Assembly (NCBI GenBank): GCA_963850305.1
Contig: CAWKKR010000008.1
Location: forward strand, 1,184,001-1,248,000
Reading direction: 5' to 3'
From: an uncultured delta proteobacterium
GTDB lineage: Bacteria > Myxococcota_A > Polyangia > Polyangiales > Polyangiaceae
Length of the DNA: 64,000 bases
The notes under the pieces were generated by a model, which saw only the letters and a list, made by a program, of their open reading frames with translations, had not been told where the DNA came from and made no database searches. This document shows, one piece after another, positions 63,394-64,000 of this stretch; within the stretch, counting starts at the first letter, position 1; every line of letters starts with the position of its first letter. The position numbers and the translations under genes were made by a program.

Positions 63394-64000
63394 ATGACCA
63401 CTCAAGTTGCCACGAGTGACCCGACGCCCCTGTGGCGGCGCCTCCTGCCGATCGCGTTCGGCGTGCTGCTGATCGCGTTCGTGCTGCACCGCATCGACTT
63501 CGCCGCCTTCGCTGCCGCGGTCCGCCGCACGAATTACGTCGAGTTCATCCTCTTCGCACTGCTGTTCAACGTCGCGCTGCTCTCGGCGGACGTGTTCGCG
63601 ACCGTCTACGTGTACCGGAGGACCGTCGCGCCCGTCCGGTACGGCGAGCTTCTCGCGATCCGTGGGGCGTCGTACCTGCCGTCGATGCTCAACCACCACG
63701 TCGGGCAAGCGTGGCTCACCTATTTCCTGTCGAAGGCGTACCGCACGCCGCTCAAGCGTGCGGCGGGCGCAACCCTCGTCGTCTATGCGACGACGTTCGG
63801 GGCACTCTTCCTGTTCCTGCTCGTCGGGCTGCCCCTGAATCACGGGCGCATCCCGTGGCTCATGCCCACGGTCGTCGTGGTGGCCGGCGCCGGCGTGGGC
63901 TACGCGGTCGTGCTGCTTGCGCGCCCGAAGGTGCTCGCCACGCGACCCATCGCGAAGCCGCTCTTCGAGGTCGGGCTCGGGGGTCATGTGACGGCGATTC
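63394..64000 (+). CDS. Lysylphosphatidylglycerol-synthase TM (flippase-like) protein, partial
   Basis: Manual translation gives MTTQVATSD...WRRLLPIAFGVLLIAFVLHRIDF...RGASYLPSMLNHHVGQA. The frame is open to the end of the window. Confidence 0.7.
   Translation, partial: MTTQVATSDPTPLWRRLLPIAFGVLLIAFVLHRIDFAAFAAAVRRTNYVEFILFALLFNVALLSADVFATVYVYRRTVAPVRYGELLAIRGASYLPSMLNHHVGQAWLTYFLSKAYRTPLKRAAGATLVVYATTFGALFLFLLVGLPLNHGRIPWLMPTVVVVAGAGVGYAVVLLARPKVLATRPIAKPLFEVGLGGHVTAI

Overview
High-GC bacterial chromosome segment. The gene content (Gly-rich and beta-propeller lipoproteins, PilZ proteins, several sigma54 regulators, ArsA-type ATPase) suggests Myxococcota, possibly Polyangiaceae-like; this is inference. 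Bases 1 to about 20.9 kb are accessory and decaying. They hold an IS481 element whose ends border a 21-bp palindromic tandem array, an intact ISKra4/ISLre2-type IS with an 8-bp target duplication, and IS66 and ISL3 remnants. They also hold a rhamnan/glycan-modification module (RgpF-like, SAM methyltransferase, Wzx, CmcI), a sigma54 signalling island with degenerate components, a deletion-fused dehydrogenase/HemG relic, and an MNT-HEPN toxin-antitoxin pair directly downstream of a 70-bp hairpin-rich tandem array. From about 21 kb onward the window is mostly core genome: cysS, mlaE, folE, SRP RNA (possibly the long form), pccB-like, KamA, pyrH, ccmF, an oriC-like DnaA-box region before dnaN-recF-gyrB with no dnaA, clpB, cinA, ligA and nadE. 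Many single-base indels, including in essential gyrB, point to long-read consensus errors; several recur as GATC->GAATC. No CRISPR array, tRNA or rRNA was recognised. All family calls come from motif recognition by eye, not database searches.
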